Below are positions 40,655 through 53,028 of a stretch of 64,000 nt of DNA, piece after piece (positions within the stretch are counted from its first letter, which is position 1; the number at the start of each line of letters is the position of its first letter). Origin of the DNA: Octopus sinensis (Eukaryota); NCBI RefSeq assembly GCF_006345805.1, contig NW_021832227.1, positions 124,001 to 188,000 on the forward strand, written 5' to 3'. A program made the translations under genes and the position numbers. The notes beneath the pieces are model-generated. The model was given only the letters and a program-made list of their open reading frames with translations, did not search any database and was not told the origin of the DNA.

Positions 40655-41499
40655 ATGGAACCAACGTTGGAAAGTATTAAAGACATTTTTGATGAAGTGG
40701 AAGACATGGAAAAAACTTGTAACACAAAAATTGTCGTTGTTGGAGACCCAAATGTCGGGAAGGTAGACTACGCATTCCCTTGTTGTAGACTGCCCTAATT
40801 GAAAGACTGATCAATAACAGATTTACGGGGACTGAGTGCACAACAGTGGGGTTTGCAAATCATTTTCGAAGAATTGTAGTTTCCTGTAGTTTATATTTAT
40901 TATTCCCGCAGCTTACGACGTCTCGATGCACATTTGGGACATTTCTGGACGAGAAATTGACTCACAAAATTTTGAAAACTACTTTTCTGAAACAAACGTT
41001 GTTTTGGGAGTTAATATTAACCCAGGGAGTGATCATTGCCTATGACATAACAAACAAGTCTTCATTCGACAACATCGTTGTTTGGCACCGGCGGATTTCC
41101 TCGTTTTTTGAACCAAGTTCAATGCCTCGATTTTGCATCGTTGGTTGTAAAAGTAAAAACCTAAACGACTTGTTCTAGATGACATTGTTCACAGATCGAT
41201 AAATAACACAGACGTCAAATTACTTTTAGATAACCGAGACCTCACTCATTTTACTTGCTCAGCTAAAACTGGACATTCGGTCGAATCGGATTGATATTGT
41301 GTAGGTCGAAATAATATTTGCTCACCTCGTGGCATCCTCTCTTGGAATTGTCCTTAAGGAGTGTGATATTGAGTTTTACACAGCCATGGTCACTGCTACC
41401 ATTGCAGTTGATTCGACCGACCAAAAGCCCATTTTCTACGATAATAGCAGAGAAGAAACAAGAACGGTTCCTCACAATAGCACATGTGATATTCTATGA
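40655..41499 (+). CDS. RAB28: Rab28-like small GTPase
   Basis: GDPNVGKT, IWDISG, GVIIAYDITNKSSFDNI, GCKND, CSAKTG and a C-terminal CaaX (CDIL). Subfamily assignment is tentative. Confidence 0.65.
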
Positions 41500-41520
41500 C
41501 TATCATTAAAAATAATAAAA

Positions 41521-42562
41521 TTATATTTTTTGTGACTAGCCAGAATTTCATAGTGTTTACATTGGGATCAATATCCTACCAAAAATAAAAAAAAGTATAA
41601 GACAAGAGACTTCAAGCGACCATCTGACAATTCCGGGAAATAACGGAAAAGAGATGAGTGCCTACATTTGGCACCCAAGTACTAATGTAAGAGATACATC
41701 AATTTTTTAGAACTCACTCCCAACATACTGTAATCTTGACTGAACGGAACAGATTTCACCAGGCAAATTGACTTTTTGTAGTGCTATGGCATTACCTCAG
41801 TTGAGAGTATTGCTCTTAAAGTTCCATGGACCCATAGAACTCTTACTCGCATTAAACTCAATACACTGATCCTCGATATGCGTTGAAAATGTGAATCGCC
41901 TTCTCTTACCCATACAGAAATATTGCTATTGAGACTTCCCAAATTTTCACACTATTTCTACTCTACAAGTCCATTTCATGACCAATCTACCCACTAAGAA
42001 TCGTTCTGTCCAAGAAATAGATAAATAGTCATAACCGACCGCTGTTACAACATTCTCATCTTTCGATCAATCATCGTGAGTGCTCTTCACTAAGTACGTA
42101 TATTTTTGGCCTACTTTTTTACATTGAGACTATTGAGTCAGATTGAGTGTTTCGCCGTTGAAAGAGGTGAACAAAAGGAAGAAGTGAGAAAATGGAAATG
42201 ATTGACTTTTTGGAAAAGTTGAAGAGAATCGAGTCCTTATAATTAATACACACAAGCCAGTGGATGTGCTAGGCTTGAATGTAGGGGTTCCAGAAATTCT
42301 ACTTTTATTGGTTTTTTCGTTCATGAAATGTGAAATCAAACTTGAAAAAACTGTGACGAATTCTTCGTTATTTATTAACCCAAATAAGTTATTCAGTTCG
42401 ATGTGATTTTAGGAACCAACTAAAAATATGTTTTTAACTACTTTATGATTCAAATTTGTTTCCAAGTAATTGCGTCCCTAAGTAAAGTGACTGTTGCTCA
42501 GATTCAACGACTAATTCAAGTGAGTCGTCGATAACGGGTCCACACTCCGTATATAAAAACAT
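41521..42562 (-). CDS. Probable unidentified spliced gene or pseudogene; model unresolved
   Basis: Coding-like composition with several plausible GT-AG micro-introns (e.g. GTGTGAAAATTTGGGAAGTCTCAATAG). No family recognised and no clean frame assembled. Confidence 0.35.
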
Positions 42563-43298
42563 GATATCTACAATTCTGTGCTATATTGTAATATTTAAAA
42601 CGATTTAAAATTATAAGATTGTTTATATTAATCAAATTTGAATTAAAAAGGACAAAAATGAGCAAATATCTTTGTATTCTCATTTGTTTTATTTATTATA
42701 ATAAAATTCCTACAATTCTGAATTTAGGTCATTTTTAATGCTAATAAATTTGCCAGAAAACTAAAAATTAGGAATATTTTAGACTTTTTCGGAATAGACT
42801 TAGACATTCAATTTCGGAATTAATTAGAATAACTTATTTTCTCTCTTGTTTTCAAAAAAAGTTGTGTGGCTGGCAGAAAAGAAATTTTAGACATCTTCGT
42901 GCTTCTAGCTACGCGGACGTTTATGCTATAAATAGAATTATGTATTTTAGAAAGTTCAATTCAGATAGAAAAATAGGGTAGCTTATTGGAATTGAAAAAA
43001 TTTTTGTTCAAAACTGATAAAATATGATAGATATTGACTAGATAACAGGAAATAAAATGTTTCCTCATTTATGATTTTAAATAAAAAATTATCTCATTTA
43101 TTATAATTGAATTAATAAAAATATAAATCTTAAAATAATTTTAATTTATTATATTAATAAATGGTTAACACAAATATTAATTTCATAATAGATGTCTCTA
43201 CTACTACTATAACGTTTAGTATTGATCCCAACTTGGTATGTACTGTCTTTATGCCATACTACCTAATAAAATTGACCAATCTTAACAAAACTAGATAT

Positions 43299-44154
43299 AT
43301 GGACCCTAAAACACGAGAAACGGTGCTGGCATGCTATAGCCAGTCAATAGAGGCCATGCTATACCAATCCAATAACGTTAACTCATTTTGCACAGCAGCA
43401 ACACATCTCAATACCTCTCTAAAGTTCAAAAATGCTAAAATCATGTTTTAGAATCACGCCGTCGAGATTTAAGAGCGAAGTGAGACGTGCGCTGAGTAAA
43501 ATGTCAAGATCTGGCCAAAAGTAATCCAAAATTAACAGAAACTTCAATTTTAGAAGTTTAAACCATAAAATTCTTCGACAAATGTTTTCCCGCCATCCAA
43601 TTCCCTCCAAAAACGAAACTTGGCCTTTTATTCGTCCTGAATGTCTTGTGGCCGCGGATCAGTTTTTGGCGAAACTTGAGCTTTCGAAAAAAATCATTGG
43701 AAATTCCACCGACAAGCAATTTCAGATCAAAATCCAACCAGTTACGTTGTCCTCCGACAATTCACATGTCCAAATCTGTCCACCAGATACTGACAGAGTC
43801 GATTCGAGTGTCCAAGTGAACGGAGAAAGTTTTAGAGAGTATTTTATGAACAATTTTGTGCCAGTTATACCATCAAAGATTAAATTTCCTGAATCAGAAA
43901 TCCATTTCCCAGGTTTGTGGTTAATTAAGACGATTTCTATTCTTAGAATATGAAGGGACTTCCCCAAGGGTCTCCCTTGATCAGCCAATAATGTTGGAGT
44001 ACGAAGAGCCAGTGGGAGAGAATAACATTTCTGAGTATCATAACGGAAATATGTCCCCACCGACAATTACCTCATCGTATGTCTTAAGCTGGGACTATAA
44101 TTTGTAGTATTAGGCTGGATGGACGTTGTGATAGGGATTGACTTATGTGCTTGA
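43299..44154 (+). CDS. EMSY: EMSY-like ENT-domain protein
   Basis: Spliced ACYSQSIEAMLYQ...LKITPSRFKSEVRRAL resembles the ENT consensus AYAGVISALRAQ...ISTERHRAEVRRAV. Confidence 0.6.
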
Positions 44155-44226
44155 GTGTGTTTTAATGAAAATTTATTGTTATTTGTTTTAAATTTAATTA
44201 AAGAATTATTCGTTAAGGTGTTAGAT

Positions 44227-45320
44227 CAGCGGTTCTCAACCTTTTTTAGACTGGGGACCACTTTTGCACTATAAAATTTTGTGGGACCACCTTAATAAAA
44301 TAAACATTTTTTGGTATTAGCGCACAATTTTTGGCCTCGCCAGGGCCAGGTTTAGACTGTTCGAATATTATTATAAAAATAACATGAACATTATGAAAAT
44401 AACAGAAAATTTAATAGTAATTTAGTGAGATTTCTGATCTTGTTTGCTCAGAATAATTTTACTTATATCAGGCTCTATGTTCGACAAAGCTACTCGCATA
44501 TCATCTTGTACCCGTAGTCTATTCTATATTTTGTTTTTAGAAAAGTCAGACACGACATCGCCATTTCACAGTGATAAGTAGTGGGGAATGCAAGTATTGA
44601 TTCCAATGCAGTTTTACTCAAAATGGGGAATTCTTTCGCCATCTGACACCTAACAATAAAAAGTAATTATTAATGAGAATACCAAAAATCTAATAATGAA
44701 GTACATTTGAAAATAATCTGAGCAGACTGATTACATTGAAGTTCAATCAAGCTCTGCTGAAAATTGAGTTCCTGATATTCTTTAAATGAGGTCAAGAAAG
44801 GTTGAACGATCCAGTTTGGAATTGGGTCTTCAACAGGAATTTTCTGGGTGTACAGACTCTTTGTGGCGCCTAAGTTGAGAAGGTTTCAGTGAATTGTTTC
44901 CCAAAATTTTATGGCAAATCATGCATTTTGCCTTTATTTCATTATTTGGGGCAATGAATTTAGTGAATCCAAATTGTACGTAAGAATCCGACCAAAGACG
45001 ACGATTCTTGTTAACCATAACTAGAATGATAAACCACGCTAATCAAATCAGATTAATTTCAATGTTTTTGATTTATACTTAATTGTACAATTAGTTTTAA
45101 ATTTAATATATTGTTATTTTGCGAAAATTCCTGGGGACCACTAAAATTTTCTGGGGACCACGATTGAAAACCGCTTGATTAATTTCAATGTTTTTGATTT
45201 ATACTTAATTGTACAATTAGTTTTAACTTTAATATATTTTTATTTTTCGAAAATTCCTGGGGACCACTAAAATTTTCTGGGGACCACTAGTGGTCCCGGG
45301 ACCACGGTTGAGAACCGCTG
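44227..45320 (-). mobile_element. Internally deleted, near-identical copy of the 32043-34399 hAT
   Basis: Same TIRs, its own TSD TGTTAGAT, and about 1.25 kb missing at the junction CAACAGGAA|TTTTCTGGG (about 44839). Confidence 0.96.
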
Positions 45321-45399
45321 TGTTAGATAAATTATTTAATTGATCAAATTTATAATTATTCAATTTACGTCAATTGACTTAAAAGATTAATGGTAGTAA

Positions 45400-46325
45400 A
45401 TAATCAGATCCTTCCTCCTCCCTCTGGATCGCTCACGGACTCAGAGCTTTCATACGGCACATCGTTGTGGACAGATTCGGCTAAAAACCCCGTTGACCTA
45501 TGCCTATGCGCGAATGGACGGAGATCAGCAGCTCTCAGTCTTTCCGGTACTTACTGTCTCACGGAGACCAACACCGCGTGCTTGTCTGTTGTCTGGAGCA
45601 TCTCCACGGACTGGCGCCTGGATCAACGCCTATCCTTCCCCCGCAGCTGGAACCTTCCTGGACCCAGACTGTTAAGAATCGGAATATCTCTCCGACTCGG
45701 CTTGGACATTTGCCAGCCTCACCAATGCCGTTGCGGGGCTCATATAGACCGCAAAGTCTACACCCGCTCTCCTGCCGCAAATGCCCTGGGAGGTTACCCA
45801 GGCACGGACAGCTTAATTCCATAATAAAGCGTCTGCTCGAGGCAACCGGCATCCCGTGCCAGCTGGAGCCCTCTGGCCTTAACAGGGGCGATGGAAGAGG
45901 CCGGACGGCGTCTCGCTCTTCCCGTTCAGTGCGGCAAAGCGATCGTCTGGGACGCGACATGCTCTGACACTTTTGCGTCAACATGCCTTCTCGCGTCCGC
46001 GATCGAAGCTGGCACAGCGGCGAGGAGGGCAGAGACCCGGAAGAAAGACAAGTACGCCTCGCTCGCCGACAGATTCCTCTTTGTGCCTGTTTCAGTCGAA
46101 ACATCAGGCACATTCGGCCCAGCCACGCTACGTTTTCTCACGAGAGAGGCCGTCACCTCGGAGGATTAGAAACGACCCCCGTGAGGTCAATCGGCTTTTT
46201 GAGCGCGCGTCTCAATAGCCGTACTCAGGGGGAACAGTTTCTCTATTCCTCTGCGGCTAGTAGCTGACTTCTTGTTCCATTTTCTTTTCATTGTAATAAA
46301 CTATTAAGATTAAAAAAAAAAAAAA
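45400..46325 (+). mobile_element. CRE-like RLE retrotransposon, 5'-truncated, poly(A) tail
   Basis: LRIGISLRLGLDICQPHQCRCG, HPLSC, RH, WDATCSDT, KKDKY, VETSG; A-run of about 14 at 46312-46325. Confidence 0.9.
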
Positions 46326-47381
46326 TTAGTTAAATGTTCGTCTTTTGCCGATTTGAATTCTCGATGAAGAAATAAATTTCTTCATAGTTCAGGATTGTTG
46401 TTAATCTTTCAGGAACCCACAAAAGATTACTTAAAACAATTGCTTTTTATTTTAGAAATTGATTTTTTGTTCTTAAGAATATGATAATAATCGATAATTT
46501 TAAAAAAGCACGTTATTTTCTTGTGGTGTTGTATGCCAGATTTTGCTATTTATGGAAATCTAATCCTATGGGCCCCCCTGCGGGAAATAATAGTATGAGT
46601 CTCGAGGAAGCAGGGAATTTGTCTGTCGGGGTGTACTAAATTGTGTGGTTAGTCCTGTCGATGGAGTCAGGAAGATGACAATAAACCTCCACTCATTGTC
46701 AGCTACCATCAGCGAGGTCGAATCCAGTTGGATTCAGAGCCGTCAAGAAACTGATGATTCCAAACAAGACTGATAAAGCTAGAACGATCACCCAAAAGCA
46801 AGAAAATGTAGCACATTTGAACGTGGAAATTTCCTGATTCAAAGTTTGTCTTGAGGAACTAAATGTCCAAATTGAGAAGGTGAAAGCTATTCCAAGAGAC
46901 TCCTAGGAACCAACTCCTAGGAGATTATATCCCTGGGAAATGGCCTAACCTATACAAGATAGTAACTAAATGCGTCAACTTGAAACTATCGGACTTTGTG
47001 GATTTATTTGGTCTAATTTCCGACAACCAACTTGGGACGAGAAGGCGATGCCAGGGTGCTAAAGAACAGGCCCTGATTAATCAATAAGGAATATCCGAAC
47101 AATCTCTACTTGGTATGGATTGATGTCAAGAAGGCATTCGATTCTGTCGATCATGCCTTTTTATTCCATGTGTTAGAGTGTTCAGGGGTCCCTTCGTGGA
47201 TAACGGCCTTTGTGAAGAGTATTGTTGAAAGATGGAATGTAAACCTCCAAATTGACCAACGAAAAATTGGCTGTGTAGAACTTGGTTGTGGGATCCTACA
47301 AGGCTACTCGTTATCCCCACAAATGTTCGTTATGGTCATGGATTCCCTCTGTCGAATATTAAATGAGAAATTTCCAAAATT

Positions 47382-47850
47382 TGAAGAGAATAGAATAGTG
47401 TTTATTGAGCGAAAAGAAAAAGAAAAACAAGGAAGAAATCATCAACGGGGAGATAAAGACAAGGCACCGAAGTGTCTCTTTCCATGCGTATCCCCAATTT
47501 GTAGTCATAGTTGACAACGATTCTCCAAGACCATCCGGATCGTGGGCACAGAGGATTCTTGTGAGTCTTTTAACCTTCCGTCAAGTTGTACTCCGTAAGC
47601 CAATTTCATAACTAAACGTCTTGTCTTTTCCAACTGTTCGATCAGGTAGTCACTCTCCTCCGTACCGTACCAGCCCTCGTAGCCATATGTGAGGACTGGC
47701 TGCACACACGTTTTGTATACTTAGATGTACGTTTCCGGATCCAGATGGAACCTGGTTAAGCTTTTGAGGATCCTCACACTCCTCTTTCTCTGATTTGCTA
47801 TATGATCTGCGTACGAGCCACGACAGTTGATGGTTGCTCCCAGGTAATAA
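47382..47850 (-). mobile_element. LINE 3' fragment nested in the R4-like RT
   Basis: YLGATIN..., YKTCVQPVLTYG..W..QLEKTRRLVMKLAYG; interrupts LNEKFPK|ILINQ of the host element. Confidence 0.75.
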
Positions 47851-48657
47851 AGATTTTGATTAACCAAAGTAACCCTAATATGGAGATTTACTCGACGAAT
47901 CATTTGTTCTTTGTGGACGATCTTAAACTACTTGCATATAAAGAGAATAAGATTGTAGAAATAATGAAAACAGTCCGGAAGTTTTTTGAAACTGCCGGGT
48001 TGTAGATGAATCCTCAAAAATCTGCGTCCAACCTGGACAATCTTTCCTTCTGTAAACCTATAGAAGGGGTGGAAGGATATCGTTATTTGGCGGTGTTAGA
48101 CGTCAAAGGGAGTGTGTCCTCAAAGAAAGTTATGGGGTCAATCCTACTGAAAGTTAAGGAAAGAATAATCAATCTTTGCAAAACAAAACTCTGCAAACTT
48201 GTTTCATGCCATAAACGAATATGCACTATCGCTATTTATATTGGCTTGATCGACATTGAGCCTTCCAAGTTCGAAAATTGACCTGCAAATCAGGGGCTTA
48301 CTCGTCTCCCTCGAAATACACTTAAAGCCGGCAAACAAAGAGCGGCTGTATTTATGCAGGAAAAACGTTGGAAGAGGATTAACGTCGATTGTTTTTAAAT
48401 GTGAATTGATGCTATTCCAGTTCTTGGGTGGCCTTGAGAGGATGTCTTCAGTTTGCGTGAGGACGTCGGGGATTCTGCGATCAATTAAAACAAATAAATT
48501 GCACTTATCAACGATCGCAGGATTTCTAGCCTCCAAATATGGTATTGAGAGAAGAGAAAGCATATGTGTGGAGTCTATAAAAATCGCCCAGAAGAATTGG
48601 TTAATCAAGAGGATCGAATGTAAAGCTCTGCATTCCATATTATTCAAATGTCTAAAT

Positions 48658-49720
48658 CAGTGATTCTCAACCGTGGTGCACGTGCACCAATTTTGGTACA
48701 TGGAAAAAAATTGGTGCAGGGAAAAAAATTGATACATGGTATTATTTTTATTTTTTAAATATTTTTTGTTATTAGTAATTAGTTCATTACGATGGTTAAC
48801 CATTATCATTTGATATCAATAAATACTCGTGTTAATCACATGACTGGTGGTAATTCTCGTACTCCTCGGATTTATAGTAAAGATTATTTGAAATAAGGAT
48901 TTATCCTTTCCAGTGGAGACAAATCTAAGCCTTCTTGCATAATCTGCAAAAATTCTTTGGCTAATAGTTCGATGAAATTGTCAAGATTAACACACCATTT
49001 GAGGACTAAACATTCAAATCTAGTCGGATCTTCGTCTGAATATTTTCAAATATAAAAAACAAGATTGATGAGCCTACTACCTTTCAAAAGTTAATCAATC
49101 ATCATGCTCTTGCACGAAAAAGTATTTCCTATAACCTATTTCATAGATGGGTTACTTGCATTCTACACAATTGCCCATATCGTTGCTAAAAATAATGCTA
49201 CCCATGTTTCGAGTGAATCGTTAATAATATCTTCTTTCGCAGTTGTTTTACAAGATATGTTGGGACATTATCCATCTGAAATTTTACAAGTAGTGTGACC
49301 ATTTTGATGTTCCTATAATTTACCTTTGAGTAATGATACGATTCGTCGCCGAATTGACGAAATGGCTGAAAGCGTCGAAGATTCCTTAAAGCTATACTTA
49401 GAAAAACTGTTTTTTCCATACAGATTGACGAATGTCTGGTATGTGATAATAAATCTATATTAATGGCCTATGTTAGGTAGGTATTTTAAATAATATTTTG
49501 TTTAGATTTTTTGACGAATAAGTAGTTTTTGTGAAGAGGTTTTGTTTATTAGACCTTTGATAACAGATTCTACCGAAGAGTCAATTTTTAACGTATTTTG
49601 AAGAAAAACAAATTTCATTTTCCAATCTAATCATGTGTGCTACAGATTGGGCAATGGTCATGGTTGGGAAGTACAAAGGATTTGTCTTGAAAATAAAAAT
49701 GTTTGAATTTAATTCATATT
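48658..49720 (+). mobile_element. Second Buster-type hAT family: left TIR plus degenerate transposase, nested in the LINE
   Basis: TIR CAGTGATTCTCAACC after GTCTAAAT; PSCIIC..LANSSMK..HLRTKH, PLSNDTIRRRIDEMA, SIQIDE, CATD. Confidence 0.85.
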
Positions 49721-50274
49721 CATTGCGAATTATACCGGCATCATCTGGTTTCAAAAAAATTTCTGCTTTTTTAAACGACAAAATTAAAAACGAAATTACT
49801 CTTATCGAAGTTGGAATCACTTCCCAAGACCGCCTGAAGCAGGTTGAGAAATCCTATAAATACAATTTATTGGCAGGGGATTTGTCCATTCTTTATGCCG
49901 TTCAAGTTAAAATAATTCCACTGGTTTTGACTTGGGATGGGCTTGTTTCCAAGTTTTTTAAGAAATACATTAAAAAATTTGGTATCGAAGACGCAACTCA
50001 GTATTATATACAGTCAGTTATATTGAAGAAAACACTGAAGAGTATAATTGTTGACTACAGGCATTGGATCAGAATCACTGATGAGGAGAAAAATTCAGCC
50101 AGTAGCTTTTTAATTGAAGCAAGTCATTCGCATGAAGATAATATGGAGAATGAGGGAAAAAGAGTCGTAACTAACCTGGAGACAGAGGATTAAGGAGTGG
50201 TGTTGGTTTAAGGTTAAGGTTTTTTGATAAAAAAATTTTTTAAATTAAAATAAGTTAGGAATAAACAAAAAGGA

Positions 50275-50430
50275 ATCTCCGAGGGTTAAAGCACGCGTCC
50301 TCCTGCGGTAAGTACCGCATGCGTGTTGCCACGTAGAATAGCGATGGATATCCTCTGCAATGGCAACAAAACCTCGCGTGGCTCTTTCGTCCTATCGGCC
50401 AATTTCCTCCCGATGTCTCTGATAAAGGCC
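50275..50430 (-). mobile_element. Short CRE-like 3' fragment
   Basis: IGRKLADRTKEPRE..LQRISIAILRGN on the minus strand. Confidence 0.7.
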
Positions 50431-50477
50431 GAGGTTAGTAATCAACTTAATTATCAAATTATTAACATATTTAAGGG

Positions 50478-51842
50478 TTAGTAATTATTACAGAAAAAAG
50501 TTCGTGTTTTTATACAACGGCTGCTTCTACAGTTAGGACATCTCATTTTCAATTGATTCGATACTTCTCCTCGTTGGATAATGTGTTCTCCAGTTAGCCT
50601 GGCTAATCCCTAAAACTAATATAAGTGAAAAAACATAAAGAAAGTCAGGATCAAGATTAGGCACTGGAAGCCTGGCGAATTTTTTTATCCCGATCTTAAA
50701 ATTCATTAAAATTATCCAAAACAACTTTTGTGGCTAAACTTCTATAAAGAATGTCCAATTCATATAAAGTCTCGCTGCAATCGGCAGCAAACACAATTGG
50801 AGCTAAAATGATATTCTGATAGCCATTCTTAGCCAAACCAGTAAGCATTTTATTAACACTGGGTACCATCCACTGTATAGGACCAACCTAAATGTTAAAA
50901 CATAATCAAAAACTACCCGTGATTGCCAAGAAACACAATACGGCAAGTCTAAATTTAGTTTTTTCATGACTTGATAACTCGTTGCAAAGACTTCCCTTAC
51001 ATAGGGATCACCTTTGTCAAGAACCTTATCATTGGTAAAAAATAATTCACTTTAAGAGGTATAGAATGAGCAGTGAATAAAATAACGGGTGGTTTATCAT
51101 CATAACTTTCAAAATCCCTTATCAAATCTCTCAATTTGTCGACCAAAAACTGCAAAATAACAAAATGTTTAAAAGTACATTTATAAAAAAATCTTGAGTA
51201 GGCCATCTATCAATTATACTCCACATTATTAATGATTTTTTCTTTAAAGCAATTTGAGCCAAATAATTCAAGGAACTCCCCGTAGTGATACAGCTGTACT
51301 GTGGAAATAGGGAAAGGGCCACTGCTCGCTTAATCCCATCTTTTTCCATAGCCTCATACGCTTCATCAATCATCGGTGGTGAGTACCTAAATCCAACATA
51401 GACTTTAAATGGCCCTAAGTAAATTAATAAAAACTTAGACCGAGTGAAGGATAATTTGTATTTAAGTATTTTGTAATCATTTTTGCTTGTTCTTCGCTTA
51501 TTTTTCTTATAGGACTGCCTCCGCCAATTGCCTTATAGTATTCAACCACTGTGGATTTTCTTCTGATTGCAAGTAATCTTCCAGTGACGCTATTAGACGG
51601 TATAAATATTAAAGACTGCCTGCTGAATGGAAGTTGAACAACATCTGGATCAGTAAATATATTGGTCAGATAGTCGCTAATTCCTTCTAACGTCTCACAT
51701 CCTCCCATGTTAAGCAACATTATGCCGGTTTTATAACTCGAACTTGAAATATATTTTATTGGTATTACTTTTGATATTTCATTTTTTCATTGTGTTTGTG
51801 TTTAGAAAAAAACAAATTAAAAGCTCTTCTCAGAGAAACCAT
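50478..51842 (-). CDS. FECH: Ferrochelatase (animal [2Fe-2S] type) with a probable mitochondrial presequence
   Basis: LLNMGG, IGGGSPI, GFRY, PQYSCITTGSS, IDRWPT, TAHSIP, GDPY, WQSRVGP, ETLYELDI and C-terminal CPNCRSSRC. Confidence 0.95.
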
Positions 51843-51934
51843 AAAATTTGTTAGACTAAACAATATAAAAACGTTTTAGAAACAATTTATAATTAATTTT
51901 TTGTGGCTAAACTTATATAAAGAATGTAAAATAA

Positions 51935-52100
51935 CGGGCGGAAACTTTTACGCTCAATTACCAATCTATGCAACCGTTTTATCTCCGGTTCGCTTCCTGA
52001 TTTTGCTCGTGGTATCTTCTTTTCTGCAAACCTCACTGCCCTCGGGAAGAAGACAACGGCGTAAGACCTATTGCTGTAGGAAATGTTTTCCGGAGGAATC
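51935..52100 (+). mobile_element. CRE-like RT N-terminal fragment
   Basis: ARGIFFSANLTAL.K....VRPIAVG, homologous to 57220-57300. Confidence 0.65.
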
Positions 52101-52544
52101 TGTCTCGAACAATATAAATTAGCCTACATTTAGTCTGTGGCTATTCGGAAAACAGTGGAGAGTATGCGTACAGAACATACGTTTGGAATGATCCCGTCGG
52201 AAGAATGACAAAGTCTCAGTTTACTAATGGAAGAACGGAGGAAGCTTTGCCGAGTGTTGCTATCGGTCTTGAGAGCGTTATAAAACCACATTATTATTTA
52301 CGGAAATAACATGTTATTTATTGCAATATAAAATATATTGATTCCTATTTTATAGATTAGGGATAACGTTAAATAGAAACCTAAACTTTTTCAGTACCCT
52401 ATCTAAAACCCTAATGTTACCTTAACATTGAAGAAATGAAAATTATTACTCAAAGGATCCATGAGGCCAATCGTTACGGACACAATTCATTGGAAACTTT
52501 ATAATAAAAAGAAATTTTGATAGTCAAATATAAAAATCATTCTT

Positions 52545-53028
52545 TTTTTGTTGAAAAAAATAATTATTAAATGGAAATCAGGATTTGCCAGTGGCCGCAC
52601 CGCGGATAGCAAGCGAGTTATCTCACAAGATTGGTATCGATATCCTCTGGTAGCTGGTTTTCCGGAGGTCATTGGTCTTTTTTCCAATGAGCTTCTTAAT
52701 AGACGAAAGAATCATCTTCCCCTCGGGCCCAATCATGCCCCTCGTCTCCACGGCGATTGGGACGAAGTGGTACGAGTCAGGAGCGATGCGTACTTCCTCG
52801 TTTGTTTTCCTCGACCCGGCAAGACGCGAAGCTAGGACACGACGCAGACTGAGTAACGGTCCCCAGAGAAAAGGTGTCAGCACAGGTTGCATCCTATACG
52901 AGAAACTTCCCTTTGCTGAATGGGAAGATCGTCATTCCGTCTGGACGATTGCCGTCTCCGCGATCAAGACCAGTGGCCTCCAGAACCGAAAGGAAGCATT
53001 AGGGTCCTGGAAAAAATTAAAATCATTT
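52545..53028 (-). mobile_element. CRE-like RLE retrotransposon, 5'-truncated
   Basis: RPDGMTIFP, DATCADT, FVPIAVETRG; TSD AAAATCATTCTT (52533, 53029); T-run tail. Confidence 0.88.

Larger units (their letters stand above)
46900..50193 (+). mobile_element. Degenerate R4/Dong-like RT+RLE LINE with two nested insertions
   Basis: QGAKEQALIN, WIDVKKAFDSVDH, GILQG.SLSP, HLFFVDDLKL, RLYL.RK.VGRGL, IEVGITSQDRL..KY.LLA. Confidence 0.9.

Noticed and set aside
41521-42400. Stop-codon reassignment suggested by long frames with scattered stops
   Set aside because: Well-conserved genes translate with the standard code once micro-introns are removed, and TAA and TGA terminate them normally.
45500-46267. 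Overlapping and antisense ORFs over CRE copies (also 57601-58362 and 62565-63005)
   Set aside because: Shadow ORFs caused by high GC content; no independent coding signal.
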